A stretch of DNA of 64,000 bases from a virus (taxonomy: Duplodnaviria; Caudoviricetes). The stretch is taken from IMG/VR virus record IMGVR_UViG_2061766007_000009; one strand, given 5' to 3'. The position numbers were made by a program, and so were the translations under genes. Below are positions 48,021-58,473 of this stretch, piece after piece. Position 1 is the stretch's first letter; each line of letters starts with the position of its first letter. The notes below the pieces were generated by a model, which saw only the letters and a list, made by a program, of their open reading frames with translations, ran no database searches and was not told where the DNA came from.

Positions 48021-50042
48021 TTATTTGCATAGTTTGTGCATAAGGTCAAGGGATTGTAACATACCCTTGTCTTGATAAATTTGTGTCTCGTTGAGTTTAC
48101 GGCTACCAAGTACTCCGTACTGGCGACCCTCGTTGAGAGCCAGACCGCCCTTACGCTTCAACTCGCGTGAGATTGATTCGTAGAGACGTTTTGAGTCTTT
48201 AATACTGTTTACTTCGTTTCCGAAACGGCTGATAATCTCCTTCTTCTCGTCGAATGTTGTTGCATTCTCGCTCAGAAGTTTGATAATCTGACCAAGGTTT
48301 ACGTTAGTAAGTGCTGCCTCTTGAAGAGAACCCTTGAAACGCAGAAGCGCCTTCTTGAGTTGCTTGTTCTCACGATAGATGCGACGGATTGACTCGTCAA
48401 CCCCTTCACCCTTGCGCTTGCGACCGTGGTATCTTCCACCCTTGGATGCACTACCAATTGTATCTTCGTAAGCATCCTCATATGGATTGTTCCTTAAGTA
48501 GGTCTTTGCGGTTGAGTGTGCTTGCACCTTACCGAAGGTGTGACCGCCCTCTTCGAAGCCGAAATCATCCTCTTCACTGTAAAGACCACCACATTCTTCT
48601 GTGGGTTCTCCGTCACCAAGAATTTCGCTATCATCGAAATCTACGGGATAGTCTTCACCCTCTTCTTTACCTCTTCTGAAGGCTTCCAACTCTTCTTCAT
48701 CTTCTGGGCTTCCTACATATTCGTTACCACCGAGAAGTTCACGGAGTTCATCTTCGCTTGGAATGTCGCCGCCGAAGTCGTCATATTCACCAAATTCTCT
48801 GATAAGACCTTCATTGAAGGGTTGGTCAGCACTCTTTTGACCTTTATATCCGGACCAAGGTTTGCTTTTACCTTTTGGTACACCTCTGTCCCAATCGTTG
48901 ACATTGTTGCCTGGCTCATCCATACCTGGAGAGGTCATAACATCGTCTTTCTGATAGTTGTCAGTATAGCCGAGATTATCATCCTCATTCAGATAAATTT
49001 CAAAAATTTTAGATTCGTTTTTCATTTTTTTGTGTTTCTTTTTGTTTTCATCATCTTCCTCATCGTCGCCGAATTCCTCTTCATCATCGACAAAGAAGTT
49101 GTTATCTGGGTTCATTGGGTTTGGTTTGTCCAAGCCGTCAAAAAACTTGTCGACCAAATTCTTTGCCTTATCAAGACCATTTTTCATAAAGTCTGAAAGC
49201 ACACCCTCATTGATGTCGTTGTTCTTGTCATCATCACCGTTCTCGTTGTTTTCATCATCATCTTCTTCGTCATCGGGAACGAGATATTCAACTTCGTCTT
49301 CTTCGTCATCATCAGAACCACCTTCTGGTTCATCCAATTCCACCTCAATTTCGGTGTCATCGTCATCATCACCGCCAAGGTCGCCCATAAGGTCGTCCTC
49401 CACGTCAGACAGTTCGTCATCAACATAAGAATTGAGAGAGTCATCTGAGAACTCATCGCCATCTTCCCCAGCCTTTTCAGCGTCCATTGTATCAAGGTCG
49501 ATAATGTACTCTGTGCCAGTTTCGTTGTCTTTAACATTGATGTGGCTATCGTCATCTTTTGTGACAACAACCTTGTCATCATCGCCTAACATATTGTAGG
49601 CGTTTACGATTTCATCGTCTTCCGCGTTGGTGAAGTCATACTCTCCGTCGGACACTTTATATTTGCTGAATTGAGCCCATTTACCGCCCTTGCCGTCTTT
49701 ACCAGACTTAAACGATACGTGACCTCTACCATCTTCGTCTTCGAAGTCTGCCTCGAAATCATCATCGTCGTCGTCATCCTTGGCCTTCCTAGCGTCTTTC
49801 GATTTGGCACCAAAATCAGAAACATCTACGTCCTCATCGTCAGTATCTTCCACTTCATCTTCGACGTCATCATCCTTCCCGCTTTCTTCAGCAAGAAGTT
49901 CTCTGTACGTCTTGCGAACTGATTCGTCAAGGAGGTCCTTAACTGCATCGCTCGCATTTTCTTTAAGAGTTGTGGCAAGACTGTCGAACTCCAATAAGGA
50001 GTCCTGAACATATTTGCTTACATTTTTTTTACTCTTCTTCAT
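48021..50042 (-). CDS. Prohead core/scaffold protein (gp22-like), highly acidic
   Basis: Lies between protease and MCP; D/E-rich; C-terminal coiled coil NVNLG..TFDEKKEII.RF..K.LYE; many (I/L)xE sites. Confidence 0.8.
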   Translation of the reverse strand: MKKSKKNVSKYVQDSLLEFDSLATTLKENASDAVKDLLDESVRKTYRELLAEESGKDDDVEDEVEDTDDEDVDVSDFGAKSKDARKAKDDDDDDDFEADFEDEDGRGHVSFKSGKDGKGGKWAQFSKYKVSDGEYDFTNAEDDEIVNAYNMLGDDDKVVVTKDDDSHINVKDNETGTEYIIDLDTMDAEKAGEDGDEFSDDSLNSYVDDELSDVEDDLMGDLGGDDDDDTEIEVELDEPEGGSDDDEEDEVEYLVPDDEEDDDENNENGDDDKNNDINEGVLSDFMKNGLDKAKNLVDKFFDGLDKPNPMNPDNNFFVDDEEEFGDDEEDDENKKKHKKMKNESKIFEIYLNEDDNLGYTDNYQKDDVMTSPGMDEPGNNVNDWDRGVPKGKSKPWSGYKGQKSADQPFNEGLIREFGEYDDFGGDIPSEDELRELLGGNEYVGSPEDEEELEAFRRGKEEGEDYPVDFDDSEILGDGEPTEECGGLYSEEDDFGFEEGGHTFGKVQAHSTAKTYLRNNPYEDAYEDTIGSASKGGRYHGRKRKGEGVDESIRRIYRENKQLKKALLRFKGSLQEAALTNVNLGQIIKLLSENATTFDEKKEIISRFGNEVNSIKDSKRLYESISRELKRKGGLALNEGRQYGVLGSRKLNETQIYQDKGMLQSLDLMHKLCK

Positions 50043-50113
50043 TTCGTTAGAAATTTATTTAAATATAAATATTGCATTTTACAGAAAAATTGCAACTTGC
50101 ATTATAAATAATG

Positions 50114-50824
50114 TCAAAGTAGACCTTTGATTTTACTTATTTTCTCATTAAGACTGTTTTTGTGTGAAGTTGTCTGGTCGCTTTCAATGTATGGTCGCAA
50201 CTCCTCTTGACTTCCGCCCAGCCATGCATTTGGAGTACTTGGGTCGGACACAAGGTCCCAGCATATCAATTCGAAGTCATCCCCCACAATATATTGACCG
50301 AGTTTCTGTTCAACACTTCCCACGCCACGTGATGAAACACCAATCTTGTATCCGTTCAAGAGGAGGTTAGCGGCGGTGTCTCCAAGTGTGGAGCAGATTC
50401 CACTACGTCTGTAACCCTCACTGATGTTGAGTTCCATTTTCCCAACAAGGGTGTGACCCTCCCAGTGAAGTTCAATTATGTTGTGGGAAATCCTACCAAG
50501 GTCGATTGTTGATTCGCTTGGGTGATTGCATTCCCCATATGCTCTATGCTCATCAATCTTCTGCTGGTATTCCGCCACTTGTCTCTTGAGTACGTTCTCT
50601 GGATATATTCTTCCGTTTGCGTTTTTGATGTCGAACTTTTGGAACACTGCGTCAACAATGAAGGGGTTTGGAACTCTCCACCCGTCGCCATTGTTGTAAG
50701 CCTCGTATATCTTCTTATTATTCGGTGTGTCTGAAAGACAGATGTGTCCGTCATTCTCAATAAGAAGACCAGTTCCAGTTGTATTTTTCTTTATCTCTTT
50801 TAATTCAGTTCTTTCAGAATTCAT
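50114..50824 (-). CDS. Prohead core protease (T4 gp21-like)
   Basis: NANGRIYP, GECNHP, SHNI, IGVSSRGVGS, WDLVSDPSTPNAW. Confidence 0.93.
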   Translation of the reverse strand: MNSERTELKEIKKNTTGTGLLIENDGHICLSDTPNNKKIYEAYNNGDGWRVPNPFIVDAVFQKFDIKNANGRIYPENVLKRQVAEYQQKIDEHRAYGECNHPSESTIDLGRISHNIIELHWEGHTLVGKMELNISEGYRRSGICSTLGDTAANLLLNGYKIGVSSRGVGSVEQKLGQYIVGDDFELICWDLVSDPSTPNAWLGGSQEELRPYIESDQTTSHKNSLNEKISKIKGLL

Positions 50825-50865
50825 AATTCATACACACTTATGTAATAATAAATATTTTGTAATGA

Positions 50866-51165
50866 TTAAATATTGCTATTTTTCATTAGTTTTAACTTCT
50901 TCTTGCTGTTTTTTGCCAATTTAAAGGTCGAAAACGCCCTTTTATACTTCTCTATGAGCGGTTTCCGGTTCTCTTTCACTTTGAATTTGCCGTTCTCATC
51001 TTTGATGTATTTTGAGTTTTTGGCCTGCAAAAGTAGTGCATTAAGGTCGTTGATTGTCTTCGTTGAATCCATAACGCCCACATCAAACATATAACGAAGA
51101 AACGACACACTAATCGGCGTGTCCGTATTGTCCTTATACCACATTATTATATTGGCAATATCCAT
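50866..51165 (-). CDS. Hypothetical protein
   Basis: ATG at 51165 after late motif at 51182. Confidence 0.5.
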   Translation of the reverse strand: MDIANIIMWYKDNTDTPISVSFLRYMFDVGVMDSTKTINDLNALLLQAKNSKYIKDENGKFKVKENRKPLIEKYKRAFSTFKLAKNSKKKLKLMKNSNI

Positions 51166-51270
51166 CTGTGTTGTTTTTATGATAAATATGTGGATATAAA
51201 AAAGAAAGGGTCGCATCACTGCGTCCCTCACTTGATTTTAAATTTGCATCTTCATTCTATCTCTCTTGAC

Positions 51271-51723
51271 TTAATCGCCAGTTTTCTTTTTATAGAGTCT
51301 GTACCCACTCTCGTGGAATGACTCCGAAATATCTCCCACCATCACGGCGATAGACCTGGCCAGTCTGCTTTGCAAAGTCTTTAAATCCTCTACTGTTTCA
51401 CCCTTTTGTTTTAAGAAAAATTCGAAGGAGCAAAACCTTCGTCTGCTATTATCTGTATCGCTGTTGAAATCAAAATCCAATATATACTGCTGTTCAAACA
51501 AGTCGTGTTCACACATTAACTTGCGAATTCCACTCCTTATGGCAGTCTTAATTAAAGACTTTCCGTTTTGAGTGTCAGCATTTCCTTCGAGCCAAGTCTT
51601 TCCATTGATGTAAATAACTGTTGGCTTTTCTCTATTGACTGTGCCAATTTTCACGTTCAATGGGAAACTTGTATCTATGCAATATTCCTTGTTCAATCTT
51701 CGACTCTTCTCCATTAACAACAC
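51271..51723 (-). CDS. Hypothetical protein
   Basis: Clean ORF with its own TTGACT-N16-TATCTT promoter and a downstream hairpin at about 51208-51227. Confidence 0.65.
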   Translation of the reverse strand: MLLMEKSRRLNKEYCIDTSFPLNVKIGTVNREKPTVIYINGKTWLEGNADTQNGKSLIKTAIRSGIRKLMCEHDLFEQQYILDFDFNSDTDNSRRRFCSFEFFLKQKGETVEDLKTLQSRLARSIAVMVGDISESFHESGYRLYKKKTGD

Positions 51724-51736
51724 CTTTTATATGTAA

Positions 51737-51764
51737 AAGATAGTGAAAAATGTTAAAAAGTCAA
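51737..51764 (-). promoter_or_regulatory. Putative middle-class promoter TTGACT-N16-TATCTT
   Basis: Reverse complement of AAGATA..AGTCAA with a 16-nt spacer. Confidence 0.55.
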
Positions 51765-51778
51765 GAGCGGAAGAGACT

Positions 51779-52612
51779 TTATTTAAGTTTATCCTTGAAT
51801 TTCTGCCACTCCTTTGAATCGTTCTTTTTGCCAGTTTTTTTACCGTCCTTATCATACAACTCATAGTTGTTCCACCCTACAATTCCCGGACAAATCTTAC
51901 CAGAAATATCGTAATGTCTTACAACGTGGTCAATGTCGATATTGAACTTCTTCATCAATATCTTGACCAATTTGACGGCATTCTCAAGCGATTCCTCGGT
52001 ATAGTACCAACCCTCGTGGTTGACCTTGCTTGCATTGTAACCTTTCTTTAGATTACTGCATATCTCAATGCTGATGGTGTTTCTGTTGGTCGCTATGCCA
52101 TACAAGCGTCCACCACCGCCATAAGGGTTCTTTTTGTCGCCCACCGACCAGCAGCAGTAGTTCTTAAGGTCTGGGTTGAATTGAACCATTGCAGAGTCAT
52201 CGACACCAAAATCGGCACTTGCCCTCTTTGTCTTTTCCCACGACGATTTCATACCCACCGCACGACCTGGGGCACTGCTTGCTCCCGCTGTATAATGTAT
52301 GGCGATGTATTTGATTGCACGGTTAGGGACTTTGGTAATGCAAGATTTCAATGGTGCATATACAACACTTGGGTCGACACATTTACTGTTTGTGAGTATA
52401 TTGGTTGGCGTAGTGTCTTTAATGCCAAGAGCGGCCCAAGTCTTTGCACCCACGATACCATCAGCCTCTCCGCATTCTTTTGCGTGTTTCTTCTGGAATT
52501 CTTTCACGGCTTTCTCGGTGGCGGGGCCAAAGTCACCGTCTGCCTTGATGCCTAATTTTTTCTGGAGCAGTACGACCTCGTCGCCCTTGCTACCGATTTT
52601 TAAAGTTTTCAT
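51779..52612 (-). CDS. Endolysin: PG-binding domain plus N-acetylmuramoyl-L-alanine amidase (Amidase_2)
   Basis: LKIGSKG..LQ..ADGDFGPAT..AVKEFQ..DGIVG..TW; YIAIHYTAG, SIEIC, VVRHYDISGKICPG. Confidence 0.92.
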   Translation of the reverse strand: MKTLKIGSKGDEVVLLQKKLGIKADGDFGPATEKAVKEFQKKHAKECGEADGIVGAKTWAALGIKDTTPTNILTNSKCVDPSVVYAPLKSCITKVPNRAIKYIAIHYTAGASSAPGRAVGMKSSWEKTKRASADFGVDDSAMVQFNPDLKNYCCWSVGDKKNPYGGGGRLYGIATNRNTISIEICSNLKKGYNASKVNHEGWYYTEESLENAVKLVKILMKKFNIDIDHVVRHYDISGKICPGIVGWNNYELYDKDGKKTGKKNDSKEWQKFKDKLK

Positions 52613-52633
52613 ATTATATTATAATGTATTACA

Positions 52634-53563
52634 TTAATTGTCAAGCAACACATCCCTAATACCGAGGAGATGTGCCACATCCGTAACAACGGTGTCTGGA
52701 TTGTATTCCTTGTCCTCGAGTTGTTTCTTAATTCCCTCAAGGTCATCCTTTGCGTCATCCTTTGCCTCTGGAAGCAGTTTGCCTACCAATTCAATACATT
52801 CTTTCTTGAACTTGTCAAACAAGCCTTTCTGCTTCTTTTGTGCGTAAGGTGCCCTTGCGTCAGTAATTGCTTTCACAAGTTCTTGGTCAGACTCACTGAG
52901 AAGGTTTTCGTATTTCTCGTTAAACTGTTCCACGAGTTTTGCCACGTTAACCTTGCTGGACTCATTCAGTTCCGCCTTGTGGTCGTTGACGTATTTGCTA
53001 ACCTCCACGATTGCGTTGTTGATTTCGTTGAGATTCCCCAGATTTTTCTTGTTCGTGAGGATAAAGTTGCAATTTTCGTACATATTCTCCTCAGACTCAG
53101 TGAGCACCTTATCTGTGTCAATACCATACTTTTGGAACAGATTTGCGATTTTTCTGTTAGACCTGTTGATGGTATCGTAATTGATACCTTTGGTCGCAAG
53201 TTCCAACGATTCTGCGATGTATTCACGACTATCTACCTCGCCATTGTACTTTCGCAATGCGTTGTAGAATTTGAACTGAGACGAAAGGTTCTTATCTTCT
53301 TTTATCATATTAACAACCTTCCCCACAATTTTTGGATTCTTCTTGAACAATCGTGGAAGTTCCTCCTCAAAAATGAAATTGGCAATACCGAAATTTGAGC
53401 ATTTTGCATAATGCTCATTAACTTCGTCCAAATTTTCTCTGTATATGGCATACGCACTATCTGCCGCTCTTTTGCATCTGTCGGCAAGAGCGATATTGCC
53501 CTCATTGAGGGCTTTGTTCATTTTCAATGTATTTTCTTTCCAGATTTTAATATATCGATTCAT
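52634..53563 (-). CDS. Helical head-assembly-region protein
   Basis: Directly downstream of portal; late motif at 53581; LTESE/LNES/LSES sites. Confidence 0.6.
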   Translation of the reverse strand: MNRYIKIWKENTLKMNKALNEGNIALADRCKRAADSAYAIYRENLDEVNEHYAKCSNFGIANFIFEEELPRLFKKNPKIVGKVVNMIKEDKNLSSQFKFYNALRKYNGEVDSREYIAESLELATKGINYDTINRSNRKIANLFQKYGIDTDKVLTESEENMYENCNFILTNKKNLGNLNEINNAIVEVSKYVNDHKAELNESSKVNVAKLVEQFNEKYENLLSESDQELVKAITDARAPYAQKKQKGLFDKFKKECIELVGKLLPEAKDDAKDDLEGIKKQLEDKEYNPDTVVTDVAHLLGIRDVLLDN

Positions 53564-53597
53564 ACGGATAACATTTTTAGATAAATATTTACTGGAC

Positions 53598-53627
53598 AAA
53601 AAAACGGGTTTTGAGACCCGTTTTTTA
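53598..53627 (-). terminator. Intrinsic terminator after portal
   Basis: AAAAAACGGGT-tttgag-ACCCGTTTTTT. Confidence 0.75.
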
Positions 53628-53629
53628 TA

Positions 53630-55696
53630 TTAATCTTTAATAAATTTATCAAGTTGATTAATCATTTCCGAGAATTCCTCATTGATAAACTCTGGTGTGT
53701 AGAGTTCTGGTTTTTTGTTTGGAATTTGATTCTTCTCGTCCCTTCTCTCGGAAAGACGCTTCATAAAACTTTCAAATATATTCTCATTATTCTTATTTCT
53801 CAATTCAGTCAAAAGCGGTTTGCTTCTGTCAACCGACTCCATTGGTGGCATTCCGGGAGGAAGTCCGGGTGGCATTCCGGGAGGAGGTCCACCTGGCCCG
53901 CCGAGGCCACCAGGTCCACCTGGTCCACCTGGTCCGCCTTCTGGAGGTTCTGGCATATCTTTATCGCCTTCTGGGGCACCGATTTCGCCAAGGTCTGGGA
54001 TGCCTCCGCCGCCACCGCCGATTCCAGAACCAAAGTCTCCACCTTCACCATTGTTGTTGGCGTCGTCCTCGCTGTATTTTGCTCCTGGTTCGCCATAGAT
54101 TCTATCAACAGTGTCAAACAAACCAGTCTTCTTGATTATCTGGTTGGTCTTCTGAAGTTCTTCGGTGAGTGCCTTTTCAAGTCTAATCTCCTCAAAGTTC
54201 TCTTTTATCTCATTGTCCGACCACTTCATAATTTCCTTCAACGCTCTCGTCATTGACATCATTGGCAAACCACCGCCTGGGTCTGATACTGCATCTCGAA
54301 TGGTTGATACCTTCTTCTGCAAAGTCTCAATCTCAAGTTGTTCTGCTTGAGTCGATGGGTTGTTCATTGAAAGATTGAAGTTTGTCAACTCATCTTGGAA
54401 GCCAAGAAGATAAAGGTGAATTGAAGCAATCTTGGTTAACTCCATAAGAAACGCTTGCTGAATTCTGTTTACAGTTCTTGTAAATCTTACATCCATAAGT
54501 GCAAGGTTTTTCCCCTCTCCTTGTGCTTCCTCAAAGTTAAGGAATGAACTTGGAACCCTCAACGCCGCACAAACCTTGTTATGAACGTACTTGATATCGT
54601 CCATTACAGTCTGGTTGTTGTTGGCGGCCAAAGTCTCCACTGGGCTTGGAGCACTCATATCTCTGACTGGAATAAAGATGTCGTTGTCTACTGAAAGGAT
54701 GTTCTTCCTCAAATCAACTTGACCAGTCATTGGGTCAATAATTGGCGTTCTTTTGAAGTTGTTCGCAATCTCTTGTACATACGCTTGAACATCAGCGTCA
54801 TCAATAGCACCGACAAAAATCTTGTACACACGCCTTTCTACCGACCTTTCAAGGCGATAGATAAGCATCATATCCTCCATCAGCGAAAGCATTCTCCAAT
54901 GCCTTCTGGCATTGTTGAGGGCAGAGCATCCGTATGGGAGATAGAGAGAATTGGTCAAAAGTCTGAAATGTCCCACTTGCCAGTTACGGAATGGGATTTG
55001 ACTGTTATTCTCTCCGACCCACACAAACTTTGTCGATAAATCACTCTCGTTGTTCTCAGTCGCTGGATTTACTGTAAGACTCAGTCCAGACCCATATGGG
55101 TTCTTGATTCCGTTCTCAAGTCTTTCAACATCAAACACCGGAAGTTGCTTCCACCCAGTAATTCCCATCTTGTTATCAATATTGAGCAACATAAACTGAT
55201 TGCCATACTTGCACATTGCTCTAATAACCATAGGGGCAGTTACTTGAATGTCGAGTCGGTTCACAAATAAATCTTCCAAAATACTTTTAATTCTGTCAGA
55301 TTTTGAATACACATTTATGATTTGACCCTTTGAATTGGGGATGGTAGCCTCTTCTGCAAAGATATCAAGTGCGGCACCAATCTCTGGAAACGAATCCATA
55401 AGGTCGGCGTCACGATACATCAACTTGATATTGCTGAGTCCAGCAAAAGCAGTAACCGACAAGTCCACGTTGGCTTTGACCCACCTATTCTGCAAATACT
55501 TGTTCTGTTGCAGTTCGAGTTTGGTCTTCTCGTAGTCTTGCTTATTTGTTGAACGGTAAATGACCTTGTCATCGTTCGAGATGTTGTAGGTGTTACTGTG
55601 GACCAATGGTTGCCCATATGGGTCCTTCCAGTTACCATTGAACGTGCGGTCAAGGTTTTGGAATACCGTTTTTAATCTATTTGGTTTGTCTGGCAT
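53630..55696 (-). CDS. Portal protein (T4 gp20-like) with Pro/Gly-rich C-terminal tail
   Basis: MD.FPEIGAALDI.AEE, R.MCKYG, W..L.LMEDMMLIYR..R..ERRVYKI.VG, DIFIPVR, AL.VP..FL, D.RF.RTV.RIQ. Confidence 0.93.
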   Translation of the reverse strand: MPDKPNRLKTVFQNLDRTFNGNWKDPYGQPLVHSNTYNISNDDKVIYRSTNKQDYEKTKLELQQNKYLQNRWVKANVDLSVTAFAGLSNIKLMYRDADLMDSFPEIGAALDIFAEEATIPNSKGQIINVYSKSDRIKSILEDLFVNRLDIQVTAPMVIRAMCKYGNQFMLLNIDNKMGITGWKQLPVFDVERLENGIKNPYGSGLSLTVNPATENNESDLSTKFVWVGENNSQIPFRNWQVGHFRLLTNSLYLPYGCSALNNARRHWRMLSLMEDMMLIYRLERSVERRVYKIFVGAIDDADVQAYVQEIANNFKRTPIIDPMTGQVDLRKNILSVDNDIFIPVRDMSAPSPVETLAANNNQTVMDDIKYVHNKVCAALRVPSSFLNFEEAQGEGKNLALMDVRFTRTVNRIQQAFLMELTKIASIHLYLLGFQDELTNFNLSMNNPSTQAEQLEIETLQKKVSTIRDAVSDPGGGLPMMSMTRALKEIMKWSDNEIKENFEEIRLEKALTEELQKTNQIIKKTGLFDTVDRIYGEPGAKYSEDDANNNGEGGDFGSGIGGGGGGIPDLGEIGAPEGDKDMPEPPEGGPGGPGGPGGLGGPGGPPPGMPPGLPPGMPPMESVDRSKPLLTELRNKNNENIFESFMKRLSERRDEKNQIPNKKPELYTPEFINEEFSEMINQLDKFIKD

Positions 55697-55702
55697 TTTT
55701 TA

Positions 55703-56575
55703 TTATAATATATTTCTTTTCAAATAATTGTCAATATTTTTGCGAGCAATCTCGTTAATCATCATCCACGATGGAAAAGGCAATCGACCAGCGTTCACCG
55801 CCTGTGCTGGTGCTGGTGTTTCTGGTTTTGGTGTAAAAAGCACCTTAAACAAGGTCGAAACCAAATCATTTGAGTCGCCATCACTGTCTGGTGCGTTGTC
55901 TTGCACTGGTTGGGGTGTTTCTTGGGTGGGTTGAGGCACCTCTCGACTGGGCTGTGGCGTTGGTGCTGGTGTTGGTTGTTGCTGTTGTTGCTGACTACTT
56001 GGAGCCACTTCCTTACCATCGTAAGTGTAACTTTTCAGACGATTCATCCACCCCTTTATGAATTTTCTTTGCGATGGATTGTTTGACACAATACCATTAA
56101 AATGACTTTCTCTTGCGTGCCAAATCTTATTGAAAAGGTCCTCTTGTGGTTGCCAGCCGTTAATCTTAGCCAACATTTCGTCAGTCATCTTCGTCGATGG
56201 ATTGAGACCAAGCACAGCAGACACCTTCTTCATAGCAGTACCTGGTCCAGACCCCCACGCCCAGTCAACGATTATTTCCGCTATTGACTGGTTATTTATT
56301 TCATCAGCACGACAATGGTCCCAGAATTTTCTTAACACAAATGTAAAGTCATCTTTGGTGAGAGCCTTTATGTCTTCTGGTGTTATTTTACCATCACCAT
56401 TTTTATCAAAGTTTTTTGCACCTTTTTTATAATAACCAGTTGCAGTCCCGATGGTCACACCCATATTGGTAGCACCGCCACGGTCAACCGGGTCGTTTGC
56501 GTATCCACCCTCCCACTTGAGGATTTTTGGTGCGAGGAGGTTTATGTCCGCCTCTGTGAGTCTGTGTCTTCTCAT
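55703..56575 (-). CDS. GH108 lysozyme with PG_binding_3 domain and Pro/Gln-rich tail
   Basis: EGGYANDPVDRGGATNMGVT, DWAWGSG, QRKFIKGWMNRL; N-terminal HRLTEA. Confidence 0.9.
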   Translation of the reverse strand: MRRHRLTEADINLLAPKILKWEGGYANDPVDRGGATNMGVTIGTATGYYKKGAKNFDKNGDGKITPEDIKALTKDDFTFVLRKFWDHCRADEINNQSIAEIIVDWAWGSGPGTAMKKVSAVLGLNPSTKMTDEMLAKINGWQPQEDLFNKIWHARESHFNGIVSNNPSQRKFIKGWMNRLKSYTYDGKEVAPSSQQQQQQPTPAPTPQPSREVPQPTQETPQPVQDNAPDSDGDSNDLVSTLFKVLFTPKPETPAPAQAVNAGRLPFPSWMMINEIARKNIDNYLKRNIL

Positions 56576-56577
56576 AT

Positions 56578-58473
56578 TTAATAAGTTCCAGCAAAGAGCC
56601 ACATATATGCACCCTTTGGTGTGTTGTCTTTTCCGTATTTACTCATTATCTTATCATTATAGAATGGAAGCCCATTCTTGGGGTCCATAAGGAGTTCTTC
56701 CCCCCTATTTCTTTTATCAGCATAAAGTCCGCAACTGCTGACTGTTGTATATGCCTTGAGGATTGCCGCATCCTTGCTCTTTGTTGCTTCAAGTTTATTG
56801 AATGAATATTGCATCACAAACAAACCCATCGCAAGACAAGTAATACTGTCATCGTGACTACCACTCATATGGTCCATTCGTCCAGTCTCCCCCTTGAAAA
56901 TCCAAGTTTCCAATTCGTTAATCACTCGTATCGAACGAACCTTGAACTCATTTGTTCGTAGCATTCCAGCAAATGAGGACAGCATTGGAAATCTGTTTCC
57001 TTGCATATGGAAGCCAGGCATTCTGTCGTGTGGGTCTGGATTAAACGCTGAATATGAGTCTTGAATTGTATATTTTTTCAGACTTGTGTCATCATAAAAT
57101 ATATTCTTGTACCCAAGACTTATCAATGTCAAAAGACAAGCATCGCCGACACCACCGGTCGCATCAACTACGACAAATGCGTTATTATACATTCTTGCGT
57201 AATTGAATATGAGTTGTCCAATTTCGTCACCTAGTTTCTTTCCCAGATACTCCATAACTTGCTCAACGATAGGCTTTCCGTCTTCGTCTCTACCGTCAAC
57301 GTCAATCACTTCAATTGCTGTGCGGTCAGCGGCATCGCCCCTTGAAGGGTCACAAGCAAGTATGTATCTGTGTCCGTCGATTGGCGGTTTCCAGAACCAC
57401 GTCTCTGGGACCAGTGGGTCTCTCAGTGTTGTAATCGGGTCCCTCACGTTCACAACATTCTGCATCTCAATCACTTCCGCTGGAACAACGTTGTTGGCAG
57501 AACCCATAAACGATACGTCCAACTCTTGGGTGATTTTCATACGGTCGTTGTTAAACTGCTTACACATCAATGTATACCAAGGAGATGAAGGTGTCCAACC
57601 CTCCCTTTCGAGTTTACGCCATCTTTCTTCGTCATAATTGATTGTGCCAGTCTCGTCAAGAGTCTCTTCCACAATCCACTCAACGTCACCCTTCTCTTCG
57701 TTTTTCCTATACCACTTGAGGTTTTTGTTATATCTTGGGTCTTGGAACCATTTAAACTCAACTGCGGTATAGTTATTCTCTTTCGCAATCGCTTGCTTAT
57801 ACGTTTTATAGTACAACTCATCTTTACCATTTGGTGTTGAAACCATAATGATTTTTGCGTTTGGTACAGAAGCAGTTGCGGCGACGGCAGATGAATAAGC
57901 GGCAACTCCGTCTTCGATAAACGCCGCCTCATCAAAAATCAGAATAGACACAGCAGAGATACCACGAGCGGCATTCGCTTTACCAGCCCTCGCATACACC
58001 TTGCAACCATTGAACAACTCAATCATTGCCTTGCTGTTCTTTTTGAATATATCTTTTTTGTTCTTCTCCGAATTGGGGTCGTCCGAATAATAATCCTCCC
58101 CCCAGTACCAACGTGGTATCTGGTTGAGAAAGTCCCTAATCTTGTCCATCAACTCGTATGCTTGCTCAAGTTTGTTGGCGATACAAAGAACTGTCTCTGG
58201 AGAATCTTTGGATGCGAAGGCAATCTGTGCGGCAATCCAAGCGGTACTAATGGTCGTGATACCAGCCTGGCGGTGCTTGATTGCAATACTCGCCTTGTTG
58301 TTTGCAAGACTCTGTAAGAACACCTTCTGTCTGGGAAAGAGTTTGAATGGCACTTGCTTTCCAGCACCAGCATCCATCGTAGACAGATAGTGCTCGATGA
58401 AATAAATCCTAGACTTGTCTGAATAGGATTTAGCATATTCGGTCGCTATGTGTTCGTAATCTAGCATAATCAA
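56578..58473 (-). CDS. Terminase large subunit (T4 gp17-like)
   Basis: KHRQAGITT, LIFDEAAFI, VSTPNG, QELDVSF, ACDPSRG, HDDSI. Confidence 0.95.
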   Translation of the reverse strand: MIMLDYEHIATEYAKSYSDKSRIYFIEHYLSTMDAGAGKQVPFKLFPRQKVFLQSLANNKASIAIKHRQAGITTISTAWIAAQIAFASKDSPETVLCIANKLEQAYELMDKIRDFLNQIPRWYWGEDYYSDDPNSEKNKKDIFKKNSKAMIELFNGCKVYARAGKANAARGISAVSILIFDEAAFIEDGVAAYSSAVAATASVPNAKIIMVSTPNGKDELYYKTYKQAIAKENNYTAVEFKWFQDPRYNKNLKWYRKNEEKGDVEWIVEETLDETGTINYDEERWRKLEREGWTPSSPWYTLMCKQFNNDRMKITQELDVSFMGSANNVVPAEVIEMQNVVNVRDPITTLRDPLVPETWFWKPPIDGHRYILACDPSRGDAADRTAIEVIDVDGRDEDGKPIVEQVMEYLGKKLGDEIGQLIFNYARMYNNAFVVVDATGGVGDACLLTLISLGYKNIFYDDTSLKKYTIQDSYSAFNPDPHDRMPGFHMQGNRFPMLSSFAGMLRTNEFKVRSIRVINELETWIFKGETGRMDHMSGSHDDSITCLAMGLFVMQYSFNKLEATKSKDAAILKAYTTVSSCGLYADKRNRGEELLMDPKNGLPFYNDKIMSKYGKDNTPKGAYMWLFAGTY

